Part shown: positions 15,667 to 24,750 of the stretch, in pieces
Layout of the letters: the number at the start of each line of letters is the position of its first letter
How positions within the stretch are numbered: position 1 is the first letter of the stretch
IMG/VR virus record: IMGVR_UViG_3300044698_000045
Span: 1-25,213 of that record
Reading direction: 5' to 3' (one strand)
DNA: 25,213 nucleotides
Source: a virus
Taxonomy: Duplodnaviria; Caudoviricetes
The notes under the pieces: model-generated
What the model saw: only the letters and a program-made list of their open reading frames with translations
Database searches by the model: none
Told to the model about the DNA's origin: nothing
Program-made: the position numbers and the translations under genes

Positions 15667-16099
15667 ACATTATCCCGTGTGTGTGTATGATATGGTCGCC
15701 GGTCAGCACGTCCCGCAATGTCTCAACGCTGAACTTCGCGTTAATCCCGTAAAGCGCCCGGTGTGCATCATCCGTGTAATAGTTCCATGACAGGATGTTC
15801 CAAAAACTTTGGTGCGTCGGGTCGCAGAAAGCACCCCGGCCGTCCGTCGAAGGCGTGAAATGCTCGAACTTGCCTCCCGGTTTCAGCACTCGCCAAATCT
15901 CTGAGATAACGAATATCTGCTTACCAAGCGGCAGATGCTCCAGAAAGTCAAAGGCCCGGACCTCATCAACCGAACCATCAGAGAACGGCAACCCTTCAAG
16001 CACATCATGGCACAGGTCGGGATTACACCGCGCCTGCGCGTCGATGTTTATGAATCCGTCTGCCGGCCGGTTGCCGCTGCCCAAATTGATGCGCATCAT
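15653..16099 (-). CDS. Class I SAM-dependent methyltransferase (type 11-like)
   Basis: INLGSG, FINID, LPFSDGSVD, FLEHL, EIWRVLKPGG, DPTH. Confidence 0.85.
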   Translation of the reverse strand: MMRINLGSGNRPADGFINIDAQARCNPDLCHDVLEGLPFSDGSVDEVRAFDFLEHLPLGKQIFVISEIWRVLKPGGKFEHFTPSTDGRGAFCDPTHQSFWNILSWNYYTDDAHRALYGINAKFSVETLRDVLTGDHIIHTHGIMYASK

Positions 16100-16488
16100 C
16101 TCGCCTTATTGATGGTCACTTGGTATTCAACTATCGCCCGGTAAATCTGGTTCTGGTCCCCTTCCCGCAAAAACTGTTGCCCGGTACGCTCCATAATCAG
16201 CGAGGTATAGCCGGTGGCCGTTGGTGTTGAATCGTCGTAAAGCGTGGTCAGCTTGTCGTACAGGTCCGCGCGCGTCGTGCTCACCAAGGCAAAAAGATCA
16301 AACTGGACAAGCACGATCTCCGAAACGTCCGTGAACATATACTCAGGCCGGCCGGCTACCAGGCTATAAACCGCGTATGGTTCAGCCGTGCCTTGTGGCG
16401 CTACCTCAAAATGTAGCCCGCCAGTGCAGGCCGTGGCAAACGTGCTGCCCGCGAATTTTGAGTATATGCCAGCCAGTACCGGGTTCAT
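16096..16488 (-). CDS. Tail terminator/completion protein (DUF3168/gp17-like)
   Basis: APQGTAEPYAVY...VQFDLF motif. Size and position fit. Confidence 0.75.
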   Translation of the reverse strand: MNPVLAGIYSKFAGSTFATACTGGLHFEVAPQGTAEPYAVYSLVAGRPEYMFTDVSEIVLVQFDLFALVSTTRADLYDKLTTLYDDSTPTATGYTSLIMERTGQQFLREGDQNQIYRAIVEYQVTINKAR

Positions 16489-16796
16489 TTCACATGGCTC
16501 AAGACTCGGAATTTAGCCGGCCGCAAGAACGGATGAGCCGGTGCAGGGTTAGGCCCGCCATGCCCGTATTCAACCAGATGGGCATGTGGGGCCTTCGCCC
16601 TCGCAATCCATCTATCTCCACGCTTTTCAGCCTTGATCCCCGCCCGCAGCACTCCTGACTTGTCCGAAAACGCCGCGCTCGCGTGGGCCTCTGCTGCAAT
16701 CATTCCCGCGATTATCTCCTGGTTACGTTTCACCAGTTCCGCAACCTCCGGGGGTATTTCGATGTCAATAAATACCCGTACGCTGCCCCTGTTCAT
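16485..16796 (-). CDS. HK97 gp10-like tail component
   Basis: SGVLRAGI...AHLVEYGH...PAHPFLRPA. Confidence 0.8.
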   Translation of the reverse strand: MNRGSVRVFIDIEIPPEVAELVKRNQEIIAGMIAAEAHASAAFSDKSGVLRAGIKAEKRGDRWIARAKAPHAHLVEYGHGGPNPAPAHPFLRPAKFRVLSHVK

Positions 16797-17104
16797 ATCG
16801 TCCCCGCCAGCAGGATATGCCCCTGCTTCCGGCCAATCTCGACAATGCCCGTTACTTCGTAGGTGTCTGAGCCGTCAACGATCCGATCTTTAACCAGGAT
16901 CGCGGTATTGTACCGAACGTAGTATTTTGCGCTCAGATCAGATTTAACCGCCTGCGCCTGGATACGTTCAGCCATTGCCAGCTCTCGCCGCTCAGCCCAA
17001 ACCTGGACCCGCGTTGACCATGTGTTGATGCTCGCCCCGTAAGCATCGGTTGTGACCGTGTTCTTCTGGATAGTGATATATCTATCCATCGCCCCGGCTC
17101 TCAT
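16793..17104 (-). CDS. Head closure / head-tail adaptor (SPP1 gp16-like)
   Basis: Start at 17104 (ATGA overlap). MRAGAMDRYITIQ...D.YG...W...VWAE...RY...DRI. Confidence 0.85.
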   Translation of the reverse strand: MRAGAMDRYITIQKNTVTTDAYGASINTWSTRVQVWAERRELAMAERIQAQAVKSDLSAKYYVRYNTAILVKDRIVDGSDTYEVTGIVEIGRKQGHILLAGTI

Positions 17105-17682
17105 AGGCACCACTCCCAGACACGGTGTCTCCACGCCAACGCATCAAACGTGTGCGGGATTTTAGCAATAATCGTCCCGGTTAAATACAATTCCCGGTGT
17201 GCATCCATGTGCCCGCAAAGCCACATAATTGCATGTCTGATATCTTCCGGCACGTTAGTGGTTGCCGCCCCGAAGCCGGTCACGAACTGTATTTCTATCG
17301 GGTTCAGCGGGTACAATGCGACTGATGGCCATGACTGCCCGTATTTAAGCGTAATCTGTCCCGGGACTGATACAGTATCAACATCGTAGTAATCAGTCGA
17401 AAGCGTTGTTTGCGTTCTGTCCGTATCCGTATATTTTACATGGGTAACGCTCTGGAGGTTGCCAAACGGCACCTTGATAAATGCCGGCCAGTAGTCCAGA
17501 TACACTTTCCACGTCTGTGTAATCAGCTTCCGGCAAAGGAATTGCTCAATATCGAGCGTAGCGACACTAATCAGCCGTGTGATTTCAGCGTCATCATCGG
17601 TCCCCGTAACCTTGATCTGGGTTTTCACCTCTGCCGCAGTTACGGGGATAGTTGCCGGAGCTGTTACCAGGACCGTTTTCAT
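17101..17682 (-). CDS. Head-tail connector protein (gp6-like)
   Basis: P...PVT..EVK...LITQTW...I.FVTGFG...VPEDIRHAI..L..H....RE. Confidence 0.85.
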   Translation of the reverse strand: MKTVLVTAPATIPVTAAEVKTQIKVTGTDDDAEITRLISVATLDIEQFLCRKLITQTWKVYLDYWPAFIKVPFGNLQSVTHVKYTDTDRTQTTLSTDYYDVDTVSVPGQITLKYGQSWPSVALYPLNPIEIQFVTGFGAATTNVPEDIRHAIMWLCGHMDAHRELYLTGTIIAKIPHTFDALAWRHRVWEWCL

Positions 17683-17685
17683 TCG

Positions 17686-18588
17686 TTATTCAGCGTCAGC
17701 CGCAGGCATAAGCAAGCCGTTCTTCGCGGCTTCTTCAACGCCCATCACCTGATAGAAGGTCATTCCGGTGCCAGGGGCCACGTTGGATTGAATGGTGGTA
17801 TGCCTGCCATTGATGAAACAGTCGCGCATGACGCCGGTTGTGTTGTTCCCGAACTCAGCAACAACCGTATCAGCCTTCGCGTTGCTGAATACACAGCGGT
17901 CTGCAAAAAAGTTCGTCGCCGTGGCCGCGTCGTAAATAGCACCGTTGGTAAATCCGATAATGTCAAACACGTTGCAGCCTCGCACGGTAACGCGATTGGC
18001 CGCGCCTTCCAGCTTGATACCGCCAACACATTCAACGGTTTCGTTGTAGATGGTAACGCCTTCAATCAGACAATCGGTGGCCGTCGCCGTCAGGGTGATG
18101 ATATCCACCTTGTTTTTCCCCGTGGTCGATCCATGATGCACGGTATTCCGGATAACGCATCTGGCCGCAGCAACATTGATATCCGCTGTCTGCGCATCGG
18201 TTCCGGGTGCGGCGAAAATCAGGTTTTCAATCAACACATCCGCAGCGGTCACGGTCATTGCATCAATGGTGCCGTTTCCGGTGATCGTCGGGACCGCCAT
18301 CCCCCTGCCAAGGCCGATGATGGAAATACCAGCAACGTCGCAGGTAATCGCAGCGGTTACTGTTTCGGCATGGCCCGGCATGACATAAATGATATCGCCA
18401 GCGCCGGCAGTGCAGAGTCCGATTGCATAATCAATGGTGGCCAGGGGATTGTCCGGGGTTTCGCCGTTGGTGGCCGCATTGGTCCCTGAGTCGTCGACAA
18501 ACAGCATTTTGCCGGTTGTTTGGGCAATGCTGTTCACCACATACATGCCGCCCGGTGAATGTCTTGAAAAAAGCTCGCTTCGTGCCAT
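17686..18588 (-). CDS. Predicted right-handed beta-helix (pectate-lyase-like fold) protein in the head module
   Basis: FVDD...NG.TPDNPLATIDYAI...GDIIYVMPGH lead-in followed by repeated V.I.N/C.F beta-helix rungs. AGGAG RBS. Confidence 0.7.
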   Translation of the reverse strand: MARSELFSRHSPGGMYVVNSIAQTTGKMLFVDDSGTNAATNGETPDNPLATIDYAIGLCTAGAGDIIYVMPGHAETVTAAITCDVAGISIIGLGRGMAVPTITGNGTIDAMTVTAADVLIENLIFAAPGTDAQTADINVAAARCVIRNTVHHGSTTGKNKVDIITLTATATDCLIEGVTIYNETVECVGGIKLEGAANRVTVRGCNVFDIIGFTNGAIYDAATATNFFADRCVFSNAKADTVVAEFGNNTTGVMRDCFINGRHTTIQSNVAPGTGMTFYQVMGVEEAAKNGLLMPAADAE

Positions 18589-18627
18589 TTCACTTCTCCT
18601 TTTTCGGGGTTCAAACCCTTGTTAGGG

Positions 18628-18780
18628 CTATTTAATTATTGCCTTTTCAGACCGCTCCTGCCGCTTGCTTGCGGTATTTTCAATCTTCGGTCTACGCTTA
18701 ACCACCCGATCAGTTTGGACCGGCAGGGCGTCGGGATCGCTTTTTCGCCCATCAGGCGGGCTATCCGGTCCAATCTTCAT
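18628..18780 (-). CDS. Small basic hypothetical protein
   Basis: ATG at 18780 just after the upstream stop. 50 aa. Fills the gap in the operon. Confidence 0.45.
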   Translation of the reverse strand: MKIGPDSPPDGRKSDPDALPVQTDRVVKRRPKIENTASKRQERSEKAIIK

Positions 18781-18784
18781 CAGA

Positions 18785-19264
18785 TCAGTCAACGATAAAG
18801 TTGACGCCCTTGTACCGTGGCACAACGTAAGCGGTAATGCTGACGAAGTTGGTAGCCTGACTGGAATCGTCAACGGTCATGCCGAGCACGTCAAACCCGT
18901 TTGCCTGGTCGAAACCAGCCGGGTCGATCTGCATAATGATTACCTGATTCTTCGCGGTATTCGCGCAGTTCTGGGTAATCGCATCAGTTCCCCGCGTCAG
19001 CACGCTGGTTGCGGAAATATCCGCGTTGTACCAGATCGGGCAGGTTGCGGTGATCGCCTTGGCATCGGTCCCGGCGACAACGGTTGACTGCGTGGGGTCA
19101 ATGCCGGTAGCGTGGGCGACTGCCTGAGTAAAAACGGCCAGGATAAAAACCATATGCGCGTTTTTCAGACTGATAAAATCAGTAGTCACGCCCCCGGTGG
19201 TGGTTACGGGCGGAGTCAGTACAACCGGGACAGCATCATCAGGGATTCTCGGATAGTTGTTCAT
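18785..19264 (-). CDS. Putative capsid decoration/cement protein
   Basis: Immediately after the capsid gene with a strong AAGGAGG RBS. Beta-rich and Thr/Ala-rich, 159 aa. Function inferred from position. Confidence 0.55.
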   Translation of the reverse strand: MNNYPRIPDDAVPVVLTPPVTTTGGVTTDFISLKNAHMVFILAVFTQAVAHATGIDPTQSTVVAGTDAKAITATCPIWYNADISATSVLTRGTDAITQNCANTAKNQVIIMQIDPAGFDQANGFDVLGMTVDDSSQATNFVSITAYVVPRYKGVNFIVD

Positions 19265-19275
19265 TTCATACCTCC

Positions 19276-20652
19276 TTACGCTCTGGTAGCCAGGGCCACA
19301 AACGAGGACACCCGGTCAGAGTTGGAATTTGCCTTGTAGGGCAGGATAGCGTTTTGCAAACGCGGCTGGCCGTCAAACCAGGTCACAAACCGGAACGTGG
19401 TCTGATTGTAATCGAACTTCAGATGGATACTCGAAGCAGACTCAACACCGCCCTTGTTCGCGGCCCAGTAAGTTGACCAGTCAGCAAGAACGATATCGCC
19501 AACCGTGCCCAGCGTGGCGCACTGCTCAACAAACACAATGGGGATACCCATCAGCGTGCCGGCAACCTCGGAGTCCTGATTCATCGCCGGGAGATAAACC
19601 GGCATCACGGACCCGCCAGTGCCGACCGGGAGGGACAGGGTGAACAACTGCGGCTCGATATCCTGGTTGGCAATCCACAGCAGGTTGCGCCGATTGCGTA
19701 GCATGAGCCGGGATTTCATTTTCACCAGGTTCTGAAAGACGATGGTCTTGGCCGTCTGCCCGGTTTCCTTCGATACCGTTACTAGGGCCGGGGCGTTCAG
19801 TACGCCAAGGGCCTGGCCGGCACCGTTGCCATTGATGACCAAATCTTGAGCCTTGAAAGCAAACTCAAGGTTGAACAGTTCGCTCATTTCACCTTGGAGC
19901 AACGGGGCGTTGTTCAGGATTTCATCAGAGGCAAAGTACATGCCGGTAAGCCGTTTCGGCTCGATCCGAATTTTGGCAAACTTGGTTTTGCTCTGGGTCA
20001 TCAGGGCAAGTTCCGCGTCGGTATACACCCGGACACCGCCGCCCCTTGAGCCATCGGCCCTGGAGGTTTCGTCAATGCCGACCAGATCAACAAACTGGTT
20101 CATACCGATATCGCGCTGTGCAGTGCGGGACAGGACAGCCGAGTTGTTGAAGCCGTTGGTAATCAGTTCAATGGCCGTCTCGCCCTGGAGCAACAGTCCG
20201 CCATCCTCGCCAACAGCCTTGACCATGCCACCAGTCCCGGCAGCGCGTTTCTCGGCAAGGGTCTGCTCACGTTTCACAACCTGCTCATGCCGGCTACGGG
20301 CCTGGGCTTCGCGGTCCCCGCCTTCGCGCTTGCAGATGGTGGCGATATCGCGCATCTGCTCGCCCAGCGGGAACTTGCTACGGTAAATCGGCTGATCTTC
20401 AACCGTTACCGTAACGCCAGGGCCACCAGGAAGGTTATCAGCATTGCCGTTGGTGGTCGCCATCGCCCGCTTTTCGGCGGCTTCGATCTCTTCCAGGTCG
20501 CGGATATCGCCTTCGATCTGCTTTACCTCAAGCAGCTTCGCGTCCTTCTCCGTGCGCTTCTCAGCGGTTCGCTCTTCCGGTTTCAGGTCACGGTACGCCG
20601 TCAGCCAACCCACGACCTCGGCAAGTTTCTTTCTCAATTCTGCAAGGTTCAT
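19276..20652 (-). CDS. Major capsid protein, HK97 fold, with N-terminal delta (scaffold) domain
   Basis: Coiled-coil N-terminus, DGG.L, V..GNG.GQ.LG.LN, GTLMGIP, GDIVLAD, FR...R/W.DG. Follows the protease. Confidence 0.92.
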   Translation of the reverse strand: MNLAELRKKLAEVVGWLTAYRDLKPEERTAEKRTEKDAKLLEVKQIEGDIRDLEEIEAAEKRAMATTNGNADNLPGGPGVTVTVEDQPIYRSKFPLGEQMRDIATICKREGGDREAQARSRHEQVVKREQTLAEKRAAGTGGMVKAVGEDGGLLLQGETAIELITNGFNNSAVLSRTAQRDIGMNQFVDLVGIDETSRADGSRGGGVRVYTDAELALMTQSKTKFAKIRIEPKRLTGMYFASDEILNNAPLLQGEMSELFNLEFAFKAQDLVINGNGAGQALGVLNAPALVTVSKETGQTAKTIVFQNLVKMKSRLMLRNRRNLLWIANQDIEPQLFTLSLPVGTGGSVMPVYLPAMNQDSEVAGTLMGIPIVFVEQCATLGTVGDIVLADWSTYWAANKGGVESASSIHLKFDYNQTTFRFVTWFDGQPRLQNAILPYKANSNSDRVSSFVALATRA

Positions 20653-21236
20653 TTCATTTCTCCTGCTTTGATAGTTAACAGTTCGATTTCTATGTCATCG
20701 TTTTCCGCAGCGGCACGCATGGCGCTCTGGTCGGACGTTGATGTTTTGTATTCTCCCATACTCCGCAGGGCTACGGTGGTATCTTGGTATGCGGGGAAGA
20801 TCACATAGGAGAATTCAAACAACTCTCCTATTTCATTAATTATCCGGTAATCCTTCCCGTTCCTTGTCTCCCACTGGTCAGAGCCAACCGTGAAGGCGAA
20901 GGACATGTCCTGAATATCTCCACGTTCAATCGCGTGCATCAAATCACGGCCAAACTGCGAATCGGGAGGATCAACCTCAATTTCAACACCTTCCGGCGTA
21001 TCAATCACCCGAAGCGTTCCGGCTGACATGCGGCCAAGTGGCAAGAGAGAGTCAGAATGGTTATAAATAACCCTTACATCAGACCGTTCAAGCGCCCGTT
21101 TTGCAGCTCCCGGTTTGATGATTTCAATGAACCCCATGTCTTCAGACTCGCGGTTGTAGACAATCGGCATCCCGACAAGTTTTCTATCATCAACCTTCCG
21201 CATTGAAACCTTTGATGTCCGTATTTCCCTGCTCAT
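20649..21236 (-). CDS. Prohead maturation protease, HK97 family
   Basis: F.E.I..GA, YNH, LGR..AGTL, RGDI..MSFAF, L.E.S.V.FPAY..T. Confidence 0.92.
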   Translation of the reverse strand: MSREIRTSKVSMRKVDDRKLVGMPIVYNRESEDMGFIEIIKPGAAKRALERSDVRVIYNHSDSLLPLGRMSAGTLRVIDTPEGVEIEVDPPDSQFGRDLMHAIERGDIQDMSFAFTVGSDQWETRNGKDYRIINEIGELFEFSYVIFPAYQDTTVALRSMGEYKTSTSDQSAMRAAAENDDIEIELLTIKAGEMK

Positions 21237-22498
21237 GTCTTCTCCTTCGCTGCCTTGGCGAGTAGCTGCTTCCCGGCCATGTCGGCGGGGATAAAGTTTG
21301 CCGGGACATAGCTCACGTCACCGCCGTCAATCGGGTTTTCATCGTTGCGCTTGCGGATAACATTCAGCGGTACGCCCATTTGCCACTCATTTTTCCCGAT
21401 CTCGGAACGGGTCTTGGCATCAGGCCTCAATAGCGCGTCGACATTATGCTTAAAAAAATACCCCTTCGCCCGCTCTTGTGGGGTCAGGAGCTTAACGTCA
21501 AGGGTCTGCTCCCATCGCACAAGCCAGTGCATCAAGGTGTCATCCAGATAGTTCTTGTTCTGCTGCTCCGTGTTGTTGTAGCTGGTCCCCTCGCCATAGA
21601 TCGCAATCTTGGATGGCGGGACGTGGAACATTGCGCAGATCGTCAAGGCGTTGGCTTTCGTCTGCTCAAGGAACTGCTGGTCAACGAGGGAAACCTTGTT
21701 TTGCTTCCATAGCATCCCGTTTTCAAGAACCATCGGGACGCCGGTGTTGCCACCGCCTGAGTATTTTTCTTTGAGTGCGGTAACAAACGCCTCACGGTTA
21801 TCGCCCAAAGTTTCAGGATGTTCAAAAACGCCGGAGGTATGCACACCGTTTTTAAAAAACGCGCCCTGGAACTGCTCCAAAGCAATCCCGTTGCCGATAC
21901 TCTGCCGGGCAAAGTTGCTGATAACCGACTCTCCTATCAGCCCATTCCAGCCGAACCCCACAACGTGCAGGATGTCCCGGCCTGGAATGTCCCACAGCTT
22001 GCCGTCATCCATGCGCACCCGGTAATAAATCCGCTCTCCAGGTCCAAGGTTAACCCGCTCCCGGTCACGTGGGCCGGATTTCATCGGGGTCACGCTCTTA
22101 GGCTCAAGGGGCCAGATATATTTTACTCCGATATTGGCCCGTTCGATCCACGAGTATTGATTACCAGAGCAAAGCAAATTCCCCTGCCCGGACTCCCGCC
22201 AGTTCAGGGATATCATATCCGGGTTTGGCTGCGTTTTTACGAGGTCATACAGCCTGTGCTCCTTCGCGTCCTCTGTCCCGCCGTTCGGCATGGCCCGCTT
22301 GAGTTTCAACGGTAACTGTGCAACCGCCGCAGATATAAGGGTAACGCAGGCATTGACGGCCCATAACTGCATTGCGTTGGTATTGGTAACACTCACCCCG
22401 GCAAACGCCGGCGGGGTCACAACTCCATACCAGAAATCATTTAAGGGGTCGGTTAAATTGCCCGTGCTCCATGAGCGTTTGAGCGCCGAGGCAAACAT
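21233..22498 (-). CDS. Portal protein, HK97 family
   Basis: Start at 22498 (TGATG overlap). V.ACV.LIS..VAQLPL, PNP, GN.Y, ILH, FFKNG, VLENG, QFLE, F.VPP, NNTEQ. Confidence 0.95.
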   Translation of the reverse strand: MFASALKRSWSTGNLTDPLNDFWYGVVTPPAFAGVSVTNTNAMQLWAVNACVTLISAAVAQLPLKLKRAMPNGGTEDAKEHRLYDLVKTQPNPDMISLNWRESGQGNLLCSGNQYSWIERANIGVKYIWPLEPKSVTPMKSGPRDRERVNLGPGERIYYRVRMDDGKLWDIPGRDILHVVGFGWNGLIGESVISNFARQSIGNGIALEQFQGAFFKNGVHTSGVFEHPETLGDNREAFVTALKEKYSGGGNTGVPMVLENGMLWKQNKVSLVDQQFLEQTKANALTICAMFHVPPSKIAIYGEGTSYNNTEQQNKNYLDDTLMHWLVRWEQTLDVKLLTPQERAKGYFFKHNVDALLRPDAKTRSEIGKNEWQMGVPLNVIRKRNDENPIDGGDVSYVPANFIPADMAGKQLLAKAAKEKT

Positions 22499-22650
22499 CA
22501 GCGGACAGTCCCCCATACGCCGAGCGCAAGGATAACGATTCCCACGCCGCAGAGCGCAACGCCGGGACCGTAAACGAGATATAGACCAGCGCCGGACAGA
22601 ATAAGGCCGACGCTAATCAGGATGTTGCAGGCAATGCTTTTTTTATCCAT
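22498..22650 (-). CDS. Small two-TM membrane protein (not in the ORF track)
   Basis: MDKKSIACNILISVGLILSGAGLYLVYGPGVALCGVGIVILALGVWGTVR, 50 aa. Stop overlaps the portal ATG. Similar small membrane genes commonly precede HK97-type portals. Confidence 0.75.
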   Translation of the reverse strand: MDKKSIACNILISVGLILSGAGLYLVYGPGVALCGVGIVILALGVWGTVR

Positions 22651-22751
22651 GCGCTCAATGTAGGATTAACCCTTTCTACATTGATGCATGATTTAAGTAG
22701 GATTACAAGGCGGCGAATTAATCCAAAGGATAAGATTAAAATTGTTAATAT
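22651..22751 (-). promoter_or_regulatory. AT-rich intergenic region with direct and inverted repeats (putative late-gene control region)
   Basis: GTAGGATTA at 22660-22668 and 22697-22705. Inverted repeat TCAATGTAG/CTACATTGA spans 22655-22684. Confidence 0.4.
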
Positions 22752-22961
22752 TTAGTACGATGTTGACGGTGCAACCCGGCGAGAATTGATGAATCTATTC
22801 AGCTCAGATTCCTCGACTCGATACCCTTTCCGTGGCGCAACCTGGATGTATGCTATCTGCCGGGCCTTGAAAAGCTGGTAGACTGAGTTCTCCGACATGC
22901 TCAACCGCTGCGCCACCACTGAAACCTCAAGCAATTTACCGTTTCCGCCCATTTTCCCCAC
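22752..22961 (-). CDS. Excisionase-like (HTH_17/MerR-type) DNA-binding protein
   Basis: LLEVSVVAQRLSMSENSVYQLFK...I......YRV.ESEL.RFI. Confidence 0.8.
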   Translation of the reverse strand: MGKMGGNGKLLEVSVVAQRLSMSENSVYQLFKARQIAYIQVAPRKGYRVEESELNRFINSRRVAPSTSY

Positions 22962-22965
22962 CTTT

Positions 22966-24696
22966 TTAAAGTTTAATATTGATTAAACTGCCATCGTTCC
23001 CTTTATTGCTTTTCTCGACGTGGTGCATCGCCCTTGAATTTGCCATGATCGCAGCCACCGGCCCGTCAATCTTATTCGCAACCGACTCTTTTCGAGGGTA
23101 AATATTGTCCTTCGCATCGGTATGGCACACCACATTGGCCATCATCCAACGCATTACCGGGTTGTTATCGTGGATTAAGTTGCCATCTGCTATCAGTTTC
23201 TCAAGTTCCTTCATCGGCTCGGAGAAGTTCAGCACAGTAGGTCTGACCTCAACCAGTATTTTCTCGACCTCTGATCGTGCCTTCTTGAGCAGTAGCCGGT
23301 CAATCAAATGGTTGGTCATCTGAGTGCATTGATACGGGTCATACCCCATCTGGTCTATCTGGCCGGTGATGATATCGTTGTACAGTTCGTCCTCGATCAG
23401 ATCAAAGTCTACCGTATCGCCTGGGTTTACAACCACGTGCCCATCGTTCACCCATTGCAGATAATGCGTTTTGTTGGGATCTCGCGCCGTGCCATCCGGG
23501 AGATAAAACCGCGTGAACAGATACCGCTTTCCGTCCAGCCCAACATAAATTTTTATCTTGGCGTTGAAGTCCAGCTTCGCCGCCAGGTCAAGCCCGCCAT
23601 AACAAGACCGCCCCTTGAAATCCGCCTCGTTCAGCTTGGAATCTCCGCAAGCGTCCCACTTAGCAATATCCAGCCAAGCCACGTTTGCAGATAGCCACTG
23701 GTTGAGGTGCTTGCAACGGATGATATTCTGCTTGCTGGTGGTCTGCTTCGCTTCGCGCAATCGCCCGAGCAAGTAATCCTCGAACACAGAAACCCCTATA
23801 TTAGGGTTGGCTTTCCTCCAGTTCTCGAAGTTGTCCCACTCGTCGGCCTGGTCGATGGTGTAGATCAGCGCGAAAAACTCTTCATTGATAAAGTTCCCTT
23901 CCAACACCCCGACCGCCTGCGCGCGCTTCTCATAGCAAGGCCCGGCAAGGTTCGTGCCAGCCGTAGTGATTACCGACAATAACGGCTGAGTACGCGCACC
24001 CATGCCGGTGGCCATTGTGTCGTACTGTTTCGGGGATTTGTGTTCGTGGAACTCATCGACAATGGCGCAATGAGGTGATGCACCGTCGCCAGGATCGCCT
24101 ATCAGCGGCTCGAAAAAGGCGTCTGATTCGGTTGATAGTTTCTGCGCATGGATGGCAAGAGCATATTTTTTCTGCAATGGTGTGCTGCCCTTCGCCATTA
24201 ACCGCGCCGGCCTGAATACTTCCCAGGCTTGTTTCTCGGTTGTGGCGCCGGAGTACACTTCCGCTCCCCCTTCAAGGTCGGCGGTTACCATGTAAAGCCC
24301 AATGATTGCCCCGAGGATGCTCTTGCCATTCTTCCGGCATACCTCAGCGTAGCTCTCCCTGAATCGTCTATAGCCGGTATCACGATGCACCCAACCGAAC
24401 AGGACCAGGAAGAAAAATACCTGCCACGGCTCCAGCCTGATATTCTCGCCCTTCCATTTTCCCTTGACGTGCTTCAGCCGTTCAGCGAAAGCACATATCC
24501 GCACCCCTGGCCGGTAGTCTATCCCCTCCGAATCGGTCATTTCAGGGCAGAAAAGATACGGAAAATCGTCCGTATCTTCCCGCTCCAGGTCGCGCAACTG
24601 CCGCTCACAGGATAGACGGGTAAGCCTGGCGGCAGGTATGGCGCCTGAGATTACGTCTTGAGCGTACTGGAGGGCTATGGATTGGTAGTCACGCAT
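22966..24696 (-). CDS. terL: Terminase large subunit
   Basis: LEPWQ adenine-binding motif, Walker A RKNGKS, Walker B IVDEFHEH, ITTAG, W.KANPN, nuclease GLDLA, YDPY, KIDG. Confidence 0.97.
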   Translation of the reverse strand: MRDYQSIALQYAQDVISGAIPAARLTRLSCERQLRDLEREDTDDFPYLFCPEMTDSEGIDYRPGVRICAFAERLKHVKGKWKGENIRLEPWQVFFFLVLFGWVHRDTGYRRFRESYAEVCRKNGKSILGAIIGLYMVTADLEGGAEVYSGATTEKQAWEVFRPARLMAKGSTPLQKKYALAIHAQKLSTESDAFFEPLIGDPGDGASPHCAIVDEFHEHKSPKQYDTMATGMGARTQPLLSVITTAGTNLAGPCYEKRAQAVGVLEGNFINEEFFALIYTIDQADEWDNFENWRKANPNIGVSVFEDYLLGRLREAKQTTSKQNIIRCKHLNQWLSANVAWLDIAKWDACGDSKLNEADFKGRSCYGGLDLAAKLDFNAKIKIYVGLDGKRYLFTRFYLPDGTARDPNKTHYLQWVNDGHVVVNPGDTVDFDLIEDELYNDIITGQIDQMGYDPYQCTQMTNHLIDRLLLKKARSEVEKILVEVRPTVLNFSEPMKELEKLIADGNLIHDNNPVMRWMMANVVCHTDAKDNIYPRKESVANKIDGPVAAIMANSRAMHHVEKSNKGNDGSLINIKL

Positions 24697-24750
24697 ACAC
24701 TATATGTGGTGGTGTTTCTCTTTTTGTTCCGCTATCTGGTATAAAGTATA

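Noticed and set aside
15184-16099. DNA methyltransferases of a restriction-modification or anti-restriction system
   Set aside because: Too short and lacking N6/N4 (D/N)PP(Y/F) or C5 PC catalytic motifs. They resemble small-molecule or sugar methyltransferases.
17410-18489. 359-aa plus-strand ORF, and other long plus-strand ORFs such as 11892..12689 and 14525..15334
   Set aside because: Antisense shadows of well-supported minus-strand genes, with no recognisable motifs.
22752-22961. True excisionase marking an integration module
   Set aside because: No integrase or att-like site nearby, and it sits inside the late operon.
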